From an uncultured Eubacteriales bacterium (GTDB taxonomy: Bacteria; Bacillota; Clostridia; Oscillospirales; Acutalibacteraceae): a DNA stretch of 64,000 bases. Below the pieces are notes generated by a model that searched no databases, was not told the origin of the DNA, and worked only from the letters and a program-made list of their open reading frames with translations. Shown in pieces: positions 37,694 to 46,053 of the stretch. The translations under genes and the position numbers were made by a program. The stretch spans positions 2,776 through 66,775 of the forward strand of contig ONDB01000055.1 in the NCBI GenBank assembly GCA_900316485.1, in the 5' to 3' direction. Position 1 is the first letter of the stretch; every line of letters begins with the position of its first letter.

Positions 37694-39577
37694 TTAACTA
37701 GTAAACATCTGAGTCCAGTACTTTCCATTGATACCAATACCAACTTTTGTAAATCTGGAGTTAAGAATATTTTCTTTATGTTTTGAAGAATTCATCCAAC
37801 CGGTCATAACGGTTTTTACATCGGGATAACCCCAAGCAATATTTTCACCTGACACACTCGGTGTTCTGATGCCATATTCCTCTATTACTGTGAAACAGTT
37901 TCTGCCGTCTGGTCTGGTATGAGAATATGACCTCTGAATCTCCTCAGCACGAACATTTGCAACGAAAACCAGATTACTATCAATTTTCAATTGTGAAAGA
38001 CCAGCCTTCTTCCTTTCTGCATTAAGAAGCTCAAGCTCCTGATATGCAGTATTGGGAATCGATGTAGTAATCTTGAAATTAGTAGTAGTTACATTACCGT
38101 TTAACTTTGTATTCACACGGTATGCTGTTACTCCAAGATACCTGGGACGAAGCTTCAGGTTTTTATTTTTGCAGTAGTTCTGTAATATTACCCACTGTGA
38201 CGAACCAGGATCTCTGTAATATACCTCATAGGTTGCATTATTACCAGCATCTTTAATGGTATATTCAGCGGTAAGTCCATAATCCTTATCAACATTCTCT
38301 GTAATATCGCTGTTATTCAGCTTAGTAACAGATGTTACATAGCAGGTTCTTTCCTTTGTTGCTCCTGAAGAATCCTTTACAATTGACTTAAGAGAATAGG
38401 TGCCACGTCCGGTAAGCTTCAATGTAGCTCTTGTTGAAGAAGAAAAACCGTTGATCTGCTTCCACTGAGCACCATGAACTTTGTAATAATATGCATAGGT
38501 ATATGGCAGAACTCCGCCTGCCCCAGATGCTGAAATAGTTACTATAGTATTCTGATCCACAAGAGAAGTTGTGTTTACAGAGGCATTAAGGGAAAGCGTC
38601 TTATTGGTATTCTGCTTTACGGTAATGTTTTTGACCGTTTCAGAAGTCTTCCCAGAAAGATCCTTTGCAATCACTTTTATCCTGTAAAATCCAGGTGATG
38701 TGAATTTATAATTCTGTTTTGATGAAGTTGTATATCCGGCAATCTTTTTATATGAAGCACCATTCTGAGAATAATAATAAATATAATTGTAAGGCTGATT
38801 GCCGCCGCTTGCTCTGCCATTGATTGTAATACTTCCTCCGGTGTAAACATTGTACGTTGACAGCCATGAACTATTTGACAGTGTTTGTCCGGTATTGTTT
38901 GTAACAGTAACATTGAACGTCCTGTCAAGTACCTTTCCGTCTTTATCCTTCAGTGTAGAACGAACAGCATAATATCCTGCATTATTAAACCTGATAGTTA
39001 CACTACGTGTCGTACTGTGATTTTTTACAACGGTCTGATTACCCTGCTGATCAGTATAATAATACTTGAAAGAATAAGGCTGAGTACCGCCTGTGGCATT
39101 ACCACGGACTGTTACGGTCTGCCCTTTTCTGACATTCGTGCTGCTGATACTGGAAGTGTTACTCGGAGAAAAATATCTGGCCTTTATTGTGATTTTGAGA
39201 TCACAGTATATCTCTCTTTTTACCTTATCCTTAGCATACGATCTTACAGTATAAGTTCCTGCTGACGATGCAGTAAACGTTGCTGAGTTTGAAGTGCTGT
39301 AATTGCGCACGACAACCCAGTTACCGCTGCCAAGCTTGTACATGAACTTATAATAATATGGTGCTGTGCCTGCAGAAGCAGTAGCTTTTACCGTTACCTT
39401 TGCGCCCGCATACTGTGACGAGACAGAAGACGACACCCCAATCTTTATTCCGCCTGCTGCCTGTGCAGTTACTGCTGAGCAATTAATTATTATAGCTAAA
39501 ACAAATACAACTACAAGCGCAATCGAAATAACCTTTCTTGTTTTCTTCGCAGCTTTTAAAGAATCTGTTTTCGTCAT
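37694..39577 (-). CDS. secreted protein with five Ig-like 'triple-tyrosine' repeats plus a C-terminal CAP/SCP (YkwD-like) domain
   Basis: Sec signal peptide, then repeats carrying PYYYKFMY, PYSFKYYY, PYNYIYYY and PYTYAYYY. The C-terminus (LLNAERKKAGL...HTRPDG...ENIAWG...W.NS..H..N) is CAP-like. Start at ATG 39575-39577. Confidence 0.7.
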   Translation of the reverse strand: MTKTDSLKAAKKTRKVISIALVVVFVLAIIINCSAVTAQAAGGIKIGVSSSVSSQYAGAKVTVKATASAGTAPYYYKFMYKLGSGNWVVVRNYSTSNSATFTASSAGTYTVRSYAKDKVKREIYCDLKITIKARYFSPSNTSSISSTNVRKGQTVTVRGNATGGTQPYSFKYYYTDQQGNQTVVKNHSTTRSVTIRFNNAGYYAVRSTLKDKDGKVLDRTFNVTVTNNTGQTLSNSSWLSTYNVYTGGSITINGRASGGNQPYNYIYYYSQNGASYKKIAGYTTSSKQNYKFTSPGFYRIKVIAKDLSGKTSETVKNITVKQNTNKTLSLNASVNTTSLVDQNTIVTISASGAGGVLPYTYAYYYKVHGAQWKQINGFSSSTRATLKLTGRGTYSLKSIVKDSSGATKERTCYVTSVTKLNNSDITENVDKDYGLTAEYTIKDAGNNATYEVYYRDPGSSQWVILQNYCKNKNLKLRPRYLGVTAYRVNTKLNGNVTTTNFKITTSIPNTAYQELELLNAERKKAGLSQLKIDSNLVFVANVRAEEIQRSYSHTRPDGRNCFTVIEEYGIRTPSVSGENIAWGYPDVKTVMTGWMNSSKHKENILNSRFTKVGIGINGKYWTQMFTS

Positions 39578-39632
39578 TTTCATCACCTTTTTTGGTAAAA
39601 ATAACCTAATTATCCGTTTATACTTTATAATA

Positions 39633-39661
39633 ATTATACCACTTGCAACAATTGTAATCAA
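39633..39661 (-). promoter_or_regulatory. sigma-A-type promoter candidate (extended -10) for the CAP-domain gene
   Basis: Minus strand TTGATT (39656-39661), a 17-nt spacer ending in TGG, then TATAAT (39633-39638). Confidence 0.5.
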
Positions 39662-39719
39662 TATAATTATTATATAAATTTTATGCAGGGAATTTTGTTA
39701 TTATGATAATAAGCAGTGA

Positions 39720-39748
39720 TTGAATATAAATATTTTTTATGGTATAAT
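39720..39748 (+). promoter_or_regulatory. sigma-A-type promoter candidate (extended -10) for the DUF4364 gene
   Basis: TTGAAT (39720-39725), a 17-nt spacer ending in TGG, then TATAAT (39743-39748). Confidence 0.55.
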
Positions 39749-39820
39749 GTTTATTGCCAAAAGAAAGAGTTATTCCCTTTGATGTCTGGAATTAACAGCA
39801 TATTCTGTGGAGGTATGGGT

Positions 39821-40387
39821 ATGTATTATGAAGCTTTTCATGCTGGTGTTGAACCCGGCGGTCTGACCAACACAACAGATATCGGTATTCTTATCTGTTA
39901 CATACTGACGAGAATAGAAAAGCCATTTTCCGGTGAAGAATTAGCTCAGATGATACAGACAAACGGCATTGCTAATTATTTTGAGACAAAAGCTGCTATT
40001 TCAGAGTTAATTAAATGCAAAAATATTTTCTACACTGATAAAAACGAGGATACCATAGAAATTACTGAAAACGGCAGACTTATTTCTCAGCAGCTCAGCT
40101 CATCTATTTCTATTTCTATTCGTCAGAAAACAATAAACCTGATGATGCAGCTTCTAGAAAGAAAAAAACTTGAAAAAGAAAACCCGGTAACAATATCAAA
40201 ATCTGCTAACGGAGGATTTGATGTCAATATCAGGATTACTGACGGTCTGAGAGATCTGATGTCTCTGACACTTTTTGTTCCGGAATTGAGTGACGCAAAC
40301 GCTGTACGGGATAATTTTTACAGTGATCCACAAGCACTTTATTCGACCATTCTTGCTGCAGCGATGAAGGATGATAAATTAAAATAG
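39821..40387 (+). CDS. DUF4364-like protein (putative winged-helix)
   Basis: Start at ATG 39821, 7 nt after GGAGG. The sequence (EPGGLTNTTDIGILICYIL...) matches my recollection of the DUF4364 family; the function is unknown. Confidence 0.55.
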   Translation: MYYEAFHAGVEPGGLTNTTDIGILICYILTRIEKPFSGEELAQMIQTNGIANYFETKAAISELIKCKNIFYTDKNEDTIEITENGRLISQQLSSSISISIRQKTINLMMQLLERKKLEKENPVTISKSANGGFDVNIRITDGLRDLMSLTLFVPELSDANAVRDNFYSDPQALYSTILAAAMKDDKLK

Positions 40388-40412
40388 ACAATCTTAGAAA
40401 AGGATTTTTAGT

Positions 40413-40790
40413 ATGAATGATGTAATTCAGAATATAAATTTTAGAGAAGCAAGTTTTTTCTACAAAGATGAACATTCTCTGGTAGATTACAGTCAGATGC
40501 AAAGCTTCAGTCTTATTAAAAGCTGTATAGAAGTGTTTGCATATTATAATGTTGTAGATTTCAGCGCTGAGGATGTAAAGGAATTTTTTTCCGAGCTTTC
40601 ACTGGTTCAAAAGAAAAACAACAGAGTTTTTATACCTTCTGCCAAAAAGGTCAGCGGAGTTCTTGATTGCTGCCTTTCCCCTTCCGATAATATGCTCAGC
40701 ATGAATGAATCAGGTTATCATATCTGCAGCTGGAATACCGATGGATACAGATTTGAAATTGAAAACGCAAAATTAAAGGATCTGATATAA
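40413..40790 (+). CDS. hypothetical protein (125 aa), no recognisable motif
   Basis: ORF begins 25 nt after the DUF4364 gene, shares its promoter and terminator, and has normal codon usage. Confidence 0.5.
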   Translation: MNDVIQNINFREASFFYKDEHSLVDYSQMQSFSLIKSCIEVFAYYNVVDFSAEDVKEFFSELSLVQKKNNRVFIPSAKKVSGVLDCCLSPSDNMLSMNESGYHICSWNTDGYRFEIENAKLKDLI

Positions 40791-40836
40791 AAACCGACCC
40801 CTTCCGGAGAAAACCAGAAGGGGTCGGTTTTTTATT
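40791..40836. terminator. bidirectional intrinsic terminator
   Basis: Stem ccgaccccttc / gaaggggtcgg with an A-run before and a T-run after, between convergent genes. Confidence 0.85.
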
Positions 40837-40850
40837 TTTTTACTAAAATA

Positions 40851-41393
40851 TTATACTTCGGGTTCAAGAAGTCCGTAAGTGTCGCCTTTACGCTTATAAA
40901 CAACATTTATCTCGTTAGTATTAGCATTTCTGAACATAAAGAACTCATGACCGATCATATTCATCTGAAGAATTGCTTCCTCAACGCTCAAAGGCTTAAC
41001 AGAAAAGCTCTTTGTCTTTACAACTGCATAATCCTCCTCATCCATCTCATCCTCATCATAAACAGTATCGTCCTCAGCAAAATACTGTTCAAATGATTCG
41101 GGTTTCATCTTCTTGCTGAGCTTTGTCTTATTCTTTCTGATCTGACCTCCAAGTATATCTACAACTGCATCAAGAGCATCATTCATCTCAAGTGCAGTGC
41201 TTTCTGCACGATACATCATTCCGTTGTCACGGATTGTTACTTCTACTGTCTGACGGTTTTTTTCAAGAGTCACAGTAACAGTAGCTTCTGCATCATCCGA
41301 ATAGATCTTTTCAAATTTTCCGAGTTTTTTGTAAACACGCTCCTTAAAATTATCCTTCAGATTTACTTTCCTGCCAATAATGTTGTACCTCAT
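40851..41393 (-). CDS. hpf: ribosome hibernation promoting factor (long HPF)
   Basis: 180 aa with N-terminal RaiA/HPF domain, an acidic linker, and a C-terminal dimerisation domain (KPLSVEEAILQMNMIGHEFFMFRN). Confidence 0.9.
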   Translation of the reverse strand: MRYNIIGRKVNLKDNFKERVYKKLGKFEKIYSDDAEATVTVTLEKNRQTVEVTIRDNGMMYRAESTALEMNDALDAVVDILGGQIRKNKTKLSKKMKPESFEQYFAEDDTVYDEDEMDEEDYAVVKTKSFSVKPLSVEEAILQMNMIGHEFFMFRNANTNEINVVYKRKGDTYGLLEPEV

Positions 41394-41567
41394 AAGCTAA
41401 GCCTCCTTAGGGTTTAATTGATCACTTAGATCACTTATATTATAACACTATTTACTAAAAAATGGAATAGTTTAATTGAAATTTCTGGTTAAAACTTATG
41501 AATAAAAATAATAATGTTATTTTATGTAATATCACTATAAACAACCGGGTCCAAATATTGTATTTAA

Positions 41568-42743
41568 TTATTCACTGTCAGAATAAACTATTTTACCACC
41601 AATTATGGTGCATAAAGAAGGTACGGTAATATTCAGCGGATCATCCCTGAAGAACACAATATCAGCGTCCTTTCCTGTTTCAAGGGAACCTACTCTGTCA
41701 AATATTCCACAGATCCTGGCAGGTTCAGACGTTATTGCTCTGAGTGCATTATTTCTGTCCATTCCACCTCTGACGGCTGCTGCAACACAAATAATCAGAT
41801 GATTTACTGGTGTTTCAGGGTGATCTGTAATTATTGCAACTGGAATACCATTAGCGGACATTATTCCGGCTGATGACGGTGTTAAGTTTTTAAGCTCTGG
41901 CTTGCTGATATCTGTCAGTATCGGTCCTGACAGAACTCCCTCGCATTCATTTTTCAGATCACTGCATATTCTATGTCCTTCGGTTCCATGTACAATTACT
42001 GCTCTGATGTTAAACTCTCTGGCGAGACGAAGTGCCGTATATATATCTCCTGCAGTATGGGCGTGAAAATGAGCCGATATTTCTCTCCTGATAAGCGGGA
42101 TAAGCGCTTCATTCTTCGGATCATATTCTGGTAAATCGGATTGCTTCCCATCTGATTCTGCTGACTGCTTTTGTTTTTCATACCGACTTGCTTTTTCAAG
42201 AGTTTCTCTGATAAGAGCAGCTATTCCCATTCTTGTTGCCGGCATCTGATCCTTATCATAATATGAAGATTTTGGATTTTCACCGAGAGCAAATTTAATT
42301 GCAACTTTTTCTTTAACTATCATATCATCAATCCTGCAGCCTGCTGCAGATGTTTTTATAGCGGAAATCTGTCCGGCTATAGGATTTGAACTGCCTGGAC
42401 TGACAACTACTGTAGTAATACCGGCTCTTACTGCCTGGGAAAAATAAATATTATCGGTATCTATTGCATCTATGACTCTGAGTTGCGGTGTAATAGGGTC
42501 AGTGTCCTCGTTGCCGTCTGAGCTTGAAGATGATTCGCCGAAAACACCAAGGTGATTATGTGCATCAATTAGTCCGGGATATGCCAATGCACCTTTCATA
42601 TCTATAATATCAGATTCTTCTGAAGGAGCTGCCTCCATCTTACCTATTCCATTAATAATTCCATTTTTGATAAGAATATAACCTTTATCAATTACCTCAT
42701 CGGCATCATTCATAGTATATATTTTTACATTTGTGATTAACAT
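41568..42743 (-). CDS. amidohydrolase-superfamily metallohydrolase
   Basis: GLIDAHNHLG metal-binding motif. Start at MLITNVKIY (ATG 42741-42743). Confidence 0.8.
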   Translation of the reverse strand: MLITNVKIYTMNDADEVIDKGYILIKNGIINGIGKMEAAPSEESDIIDMKGALAYPGLIDAHNHLGVFGESSSSSDGNEDTDPITPQLRVIDAIDTDNIYFSQAVRAGITTVVVSPGSSNPIAGQISAIKTSAAGCRIDDMIVKEKVAIKFALGENPKSSYYDKDQMPATRMGIAALIRETLEKASRYEKQKQSAESDGKQSDLPEYDPKNEALIPLIRREISAHFHAHTAGDIYTALRLAREFNIRAVIVHGTEGHRICSDLKNECEGVLSGPILTDISKPELKNLTPSSAGIMSANGIPVAIITDHPETPVNHLIICVAAAVRGGMDRNNALRAITSEPARICGIFDRVGSLETGKDADIVFFRDDPLNITVPSLCTIIGGKIVYSDSE

Positions 42744-42755
42744 ATTATTTCCTTT

Positions 42756-42789
42756 CAAAAAAATCGGAGTGTCTTACGACCCTCCGATA
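42756..42789 (-). terminator. intrinsic terminator after the yabR-like S1 gene
   Basis: Minus strand reads atcggag-ggtcgtaagaca-ctccgat followed by ttttttt. It lies about 13 nt upstream of the next gene's start. Confidence 0.7.
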
Positions 42790-42799
42790 ATCAGTTATG

Positions 42800-43282
42800 T
42801 TATTTAGACGAATTACCTCTTCTTGAATAACCGCCTCTTTTATTCTCCATTCTCTTCAGATCAGACATCTTCTCATCACTTGTCTGCTTGAATCTGGAAA
42901 GCATATCCTCAAAGCTTGAAGGTTCACTTTTTTTTGAAGACTGCCACTCAAAATTACCCGGCCTGGGGGATGCGGGTCTTGGAGCAGAATTTCTTCCGTG
43001 ATATGAACTATTGTTATTTCCACTATTGCCCGAAGGTTTTTTCTGAGGAGGCATAGCCTTTTTAATAGAAAGACCGATCTTACCGTCCTCACCGATAGTA
43101 AGAACCTTAACCTTAACCTTTTGTCCCTCACTGAGAAAATCTTTTATATCATTCACATACGTCGGAGCAACCTCAGATATGTGTACCATGCCGGTTTTTC
43201 CATCTTCAAGATCAACAAACGCACCGAACTTTGTAATGCCGGTAACCTTACCTTCAACTATCATTCCTACTTCAAGACTCAT
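42800..43282 (-). CDS. S1-domain RNA-binding protein (YabR-like)
   Basis: N-terminal S1 fold (GMIVEGKVTGITKFGAFVDLEDGKTGMVHISE) with a basic, disordered tail. Confidence 0.8.
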   Translation of the reverse strand: MSLEVGMIVEGKVTGITKFGAFVDLEDGKTGMVHISEVAPTYVNDIKDFLSEGQKVKVKVLTIGEDGKIGLSIKKAMPPQKKPSGNSGNNNSSYHGRNSAPRPASPRPGNFEWQSSKKSEPSSFEDMLSRFKQTSDEKMSDLKRMENKRGGYSRRGNSSK

Positions 43283-43302
43283 ACTTAATTAGCTTTCTCC
43301 TC

Positions 43303-43641
43303 TCAATCGCCGGCTATGTTTACAAACACAACTTCACCGTTTTTTACGTAATCCAGATCTTCACGAGCAATTTTTTCTACATAATCAGAGAAAGCTTTAT
43401 CATCGTTCTTTTCAACGGCGTCCGAGACTTTCTTCAGCTCGGCATTCGTTTGTTCCTGAGTAAAAATTCTTTCTTCAATCTGCGAAAGCTCAGTTCTTGC
43501 ATTGCTTATGCGTATCTGCAGGTCAACCATCAGAAACAAAACATAGAATGTAACAATAAGCATTACTACATAGAGAAGGATATTTCTGCTCCTTTTAGTT
43601 TTTCTGACCCTTCTGGACCTTCTTGCAGCTTTAGCCTTCAA
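43303..43641 (-). CDS. septum formation initiator (FtsB/DivIC family)
   Basis: Basic N-terminus, one TM and a coiled coil. It occupies the divIC slot of the yabP-yabQ-divIC-yabR cluster. Confidence 0.75.
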   Translation of the reverse strand: MKAKAARRSRRVRKTKRSRNILLYVVMLIVTFYVLFLMVDLQIRISNARTELSQIEERIFTQEQTNAELKKVSDAVEKNDDKAFSDYVEKIAREDLDYVKNGEVVFVNIAGD

Positions 43642-43725
43642 CTATATCACCATCCGTTCCTTCTGTCAACCGTGTTATAATTATACTACATTCCGTATTA
43701 TGTTGCAAGAAAAATCGACATTTTT

Positions 43726-44145
43726 TTATATTTTTTTTCTTCTTTTATTAAAAATTAATAATTTGAGCCTTTTTGAAATCCGTTCAAAGCATTTTTTGCC
43801 AAATTTTCTCATTATTTTTTCTGCTTTACTGAAAAACCAGTTTGAAAATGTCAAAAAAATGCGATAAATTGTCTTTCCAAGGGTAAAATAGAATAGTAAA
43901 AAACTCAATAGCTCTGAAAAAACAACGTAAAAGCGTATTTTACCTTCCGTCATGGCAACTGAATAAAGAAAATTTATTACAAATACAGTGAACATAAACA
44001 ATGTATCACGAATAAATACTCCTATTCTTGTTTCTGATGCAGAATTAAAAATAAGTGAAAACAGCAGATAGAATAGCCCTATCATTAAGCCCAATACAAA
44101 GGCCCACAAAAAGGCAGCTGTTTGTTGCTGAGTAGTAAGCTCCAA
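43726..44145 (-). CDS. yabQ: spore cortex biosynthesis protein YabQ
   Basis: Polytopic small membrane protein directly after yabP. TTG start; the exact start is uncertain. Confidence 0.65.
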   Translation of the reverse strand: MELTTQQQTAAFLWAFVLGLMIGLFYLLFSLIFNSASETRIGVFIRDTLFMFTVFVINFLYSVAMTEGKIRFYVVFSELLSFLLFYFTLGKTIYRIFLTFSNWFFSKAEKIMRKFGKKCFERISKRLKLLIFNKRRKKI

Positions 44146-44159
44146 ATAAAATCAAAACC

Positions 44160-44447
44160 TTATCTGAATAATTTTGAAAAAAAGCTTCCATCCTTTGCAG
44201 AAGGTTCATTATATATCAGGGTATTGATCCTGCCGTTCATATCAAGCTCTCCGCTTTCCTGACTGAAATTATTGATATGAAGCTTCTCCCCTTCTACTGT
44301 AAGTTCGCCGGCTTCAGTGGTTATTATCACCTTTATATCGTCAAATTCACTTACATCCCTGACTCCGCTGACTATAAGAGAGTTTCTTTCCTTAAGGATA
44401 AGATTATGTTTTCGCTTTGATTCAGACTGTTTTTCATTCTCAATCAT
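44160..44447 (-). CDS. yabP: sporulation protein YabP
   Basis: 95 aa with the typical YabP sequence (LILKERNSLIVSGV.DV.EFD...). Confidence 0.85.
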   Translation of the reverse strand: MIENEKQSESKRKHNLILKERNSLIVSGVRDVSEFDDIKVIITTEAGELTVEGEKLHINNFSQESGELDMNGRINTLIYNEPSAKDGSFFSKLFR

Positions 44448-44571
44448 TCAATCACCTCGTTAATACACTTAATCAATTTATCAAAAGTGTTTTTTCCGAT
44501 AATAAATCATATGCTGAAATTCAGAAAACATTCTGATTCTTTTGCAGATATATTCAGTGTATATACACATT

Positions 44572-44814
44572 TCAGGGAATGATCTTATACATCAATGCTG
44601 CCTCATCTTTTTTTGCATATTCATTGATGCTGATGACCTCTGCTTTTATCGGGTGAGTCCCCAGTGCTATTTCAATAACATCTCCTACCTTTACATCATA
44701 TGATGCCCTTGCTGCCTTACCATTCACCATAACACGTCCGGCATCACAAGCTTCATTTGCAACTGTTCTTCTTTTTATTATTCGGCTGATTTTAAGATAT
44801 TTATCAAGTCTCAT
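44572..44814 (-). CDS. S4-domain RNA-binding protein (YabO/Hsp15-like)
   Basis: MRLDKYLKISRIIKRRT S4 motif. Start at ATG 44812-44814 (AGAGGAGAA SD). The ORF-track extension would cover the hup terminator. Confidence 0.85.
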   Translation of the reverse strand: MRLDKYLKISRIIKRRTVANEACDAGRVMVNGKAARASYDVKVGDVIEIALGTHPIKAEVISINEYAKKDEAALMYKIIP

Positions 44815-44827
44815 GTTTTCTCCTCTA

Positions 44828-44861
44828 TAAAAGCGTAAACCGATCATATAGATCGGTTTAC
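44828..44861 (-). terminator. intrinsic terminator after hup
   Basis: Stem taaaccgatc / gatcggttta, followed on the minus strand by cgctttt. Confidence 0.65.
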
Positions 44862-44889
44862 AATAATATTTTAAATATCTACTTCCGGA

Positions 44890-45168
44890 TTATTTCTTGT
44901 CAACAGCATCCTTGAAAGCCTTGCCTGCCTTGAACGCAGGTACTTTTGATGCAGGAATTGTAATCTTCTCGTTTGTGCGAGGATTGCAGCCTGTTCTCTC
45001 TTTCCTTTCACGGCACTCAAATGTACCAAAGCCAACTATACGGATATCATTACCCTCTGAAACCTCATCAACGATAATGTCAAAAAGAGCAGTTACAGCT
45101 TTTTCAGCATCTTTCTTGCTGATATCAGCGTTTTTAGCAACAGCAACAATAAGTTCAGATTTGTTCAT
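44890..45168 (-). CDS. hup: HU-family DNA-binding protein
   Basis: MNKSELI...GFGTFE.RER..R.G.NP.T...I.IPA...P.FK.GK consensus; 92 aa. Confidence 0.95.
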   Translation of the reverse strand: MNKSELIVAVAKNADISKKDAEKAVTALFDIIVDEVSEGNDIRIVGFGTFECRERKERTGCNPRTNEKITIPASKVPAFKAGKAFKDAVDKK

Positions 45169-45991
45169 TTTTCTTTTCCTCCAATTTTTCTTGATTAATA
45201 ATTTCTTTCCATAGCTGATTCGTTACTTCCGTATCCGAATCCTGTATATTCAAGCCCTTTTCGGCAGCGATATCTTCATATCTTCTGAACCGAGCGATAT
45301 GATCCTCGCAGGCGTTATACAGCGACTGTTCGCTGTCGGTCTTAAGCAGACCTGACAAATTTGCAATCGAGAACAAAAGCTCTCCCATCGCTTTTTCATT
45401 TGCAGCAGCATCATCTTTTTCACTGACATTTTTCAGCCTTGCAAGCTTTTCTTCAATAAGCTCAAAAGCCTCATCCTTGTCACTGCATTCAACTCCGCCA
45501 CGCGCTGATTTTTTTACGAGCTTTTCTGCTCTCATTAATGACGGAAGTGTTTTTGAAACGCTTTCCATAGTTTCGCTGACCGTGGTTTGTGAATGGGTCT
45601 GCATTTTTATTGCATCCCAGTTGCTCAGCACCTGTTCTGTGGTTTCAACCTCTATTTCACCAAACACATGAGGATGACGTAAAATCATCTTTCTGCTGAC
45701 TTCATCAGTGATGTCGGAAAAATCAAAATTCCCGTTTTCACTTTCGATAACACTATGAAAAACAACCTGAAAAAGTACATCTCCAAGCTCTTCTCTAAGA
45801 TGAGGAACATCATCCTCATCAATAGCCTCAACAGCCTCATAGACCTCCTCAATAAAGTCCTTTCGTATTGACTTATGAGTCTGGACCTTATCCCAAGGAC
45901 ATCCATCCGGCGCACGAAGTCTCTTTACTATTTCGATAAGATCATCAACATTATATTTATCTTTGTTTTTAAAATCCAAAACCACTAACAC
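45155..45991 (-). CDS. mazG: MazG nucleoside triphosphate pyrophosphohydrolase
   Basis: LRAPDGCPWDKVQTHKS and EELGDVLFQV MazG motifs. GTG start is uncertain; a GTG 6 nt downstream has better SD spacing. Confidence 0.9.
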   Translation of the reverse strand: MLVVLDFKNKDKYNVDDLIEIVKRLRAPDGCPWDKVQTHKSIRKDFIEEVYEAVEAIDEDDVPHLREELGDVLFQVVFHSVIESENGNFDFSDITDEVSRKMILRHPHVFGEIEVETTEQVLSNWDAIKMQTHSQTTVSETMESVSKTLPSLMRAEKLVKKSARGGVECSDKDEAFELIEEKLARLKNVSEKDDAAANEKAMGELLFSIANLSGLLKTDSEQSLYNACEDHIARFRRYEDIAAEKGLNIQDSDTEVTNQLWKEIINQEKLEEKKNEQI

Positions 45992-46053
45992 TCCCGTAAT
46001 ATACGATCATAAAGACAAGCCTTGACCGCACAGAGAAAAAGCCCGTTTCTATT

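Noticed and set aside
37668-37697. 9-codon ORF (MTISFLTDY) with an AAGGAG SD between hisF and the CAP-domain gene
   Set aside because: It is too short, overlaps the stop of the convergent gene, and lies downstream of the hisF terminator. Most likely a chance occurrence.
37694-39577. Periodic DNA repeats that might suggest a CRISPR or satellite array
   Set aside because: The periodicity (~270 nt) is imperfect and lies within one long ORF. It reflects protein-domain repeats, not direct repeats with unique spacers.
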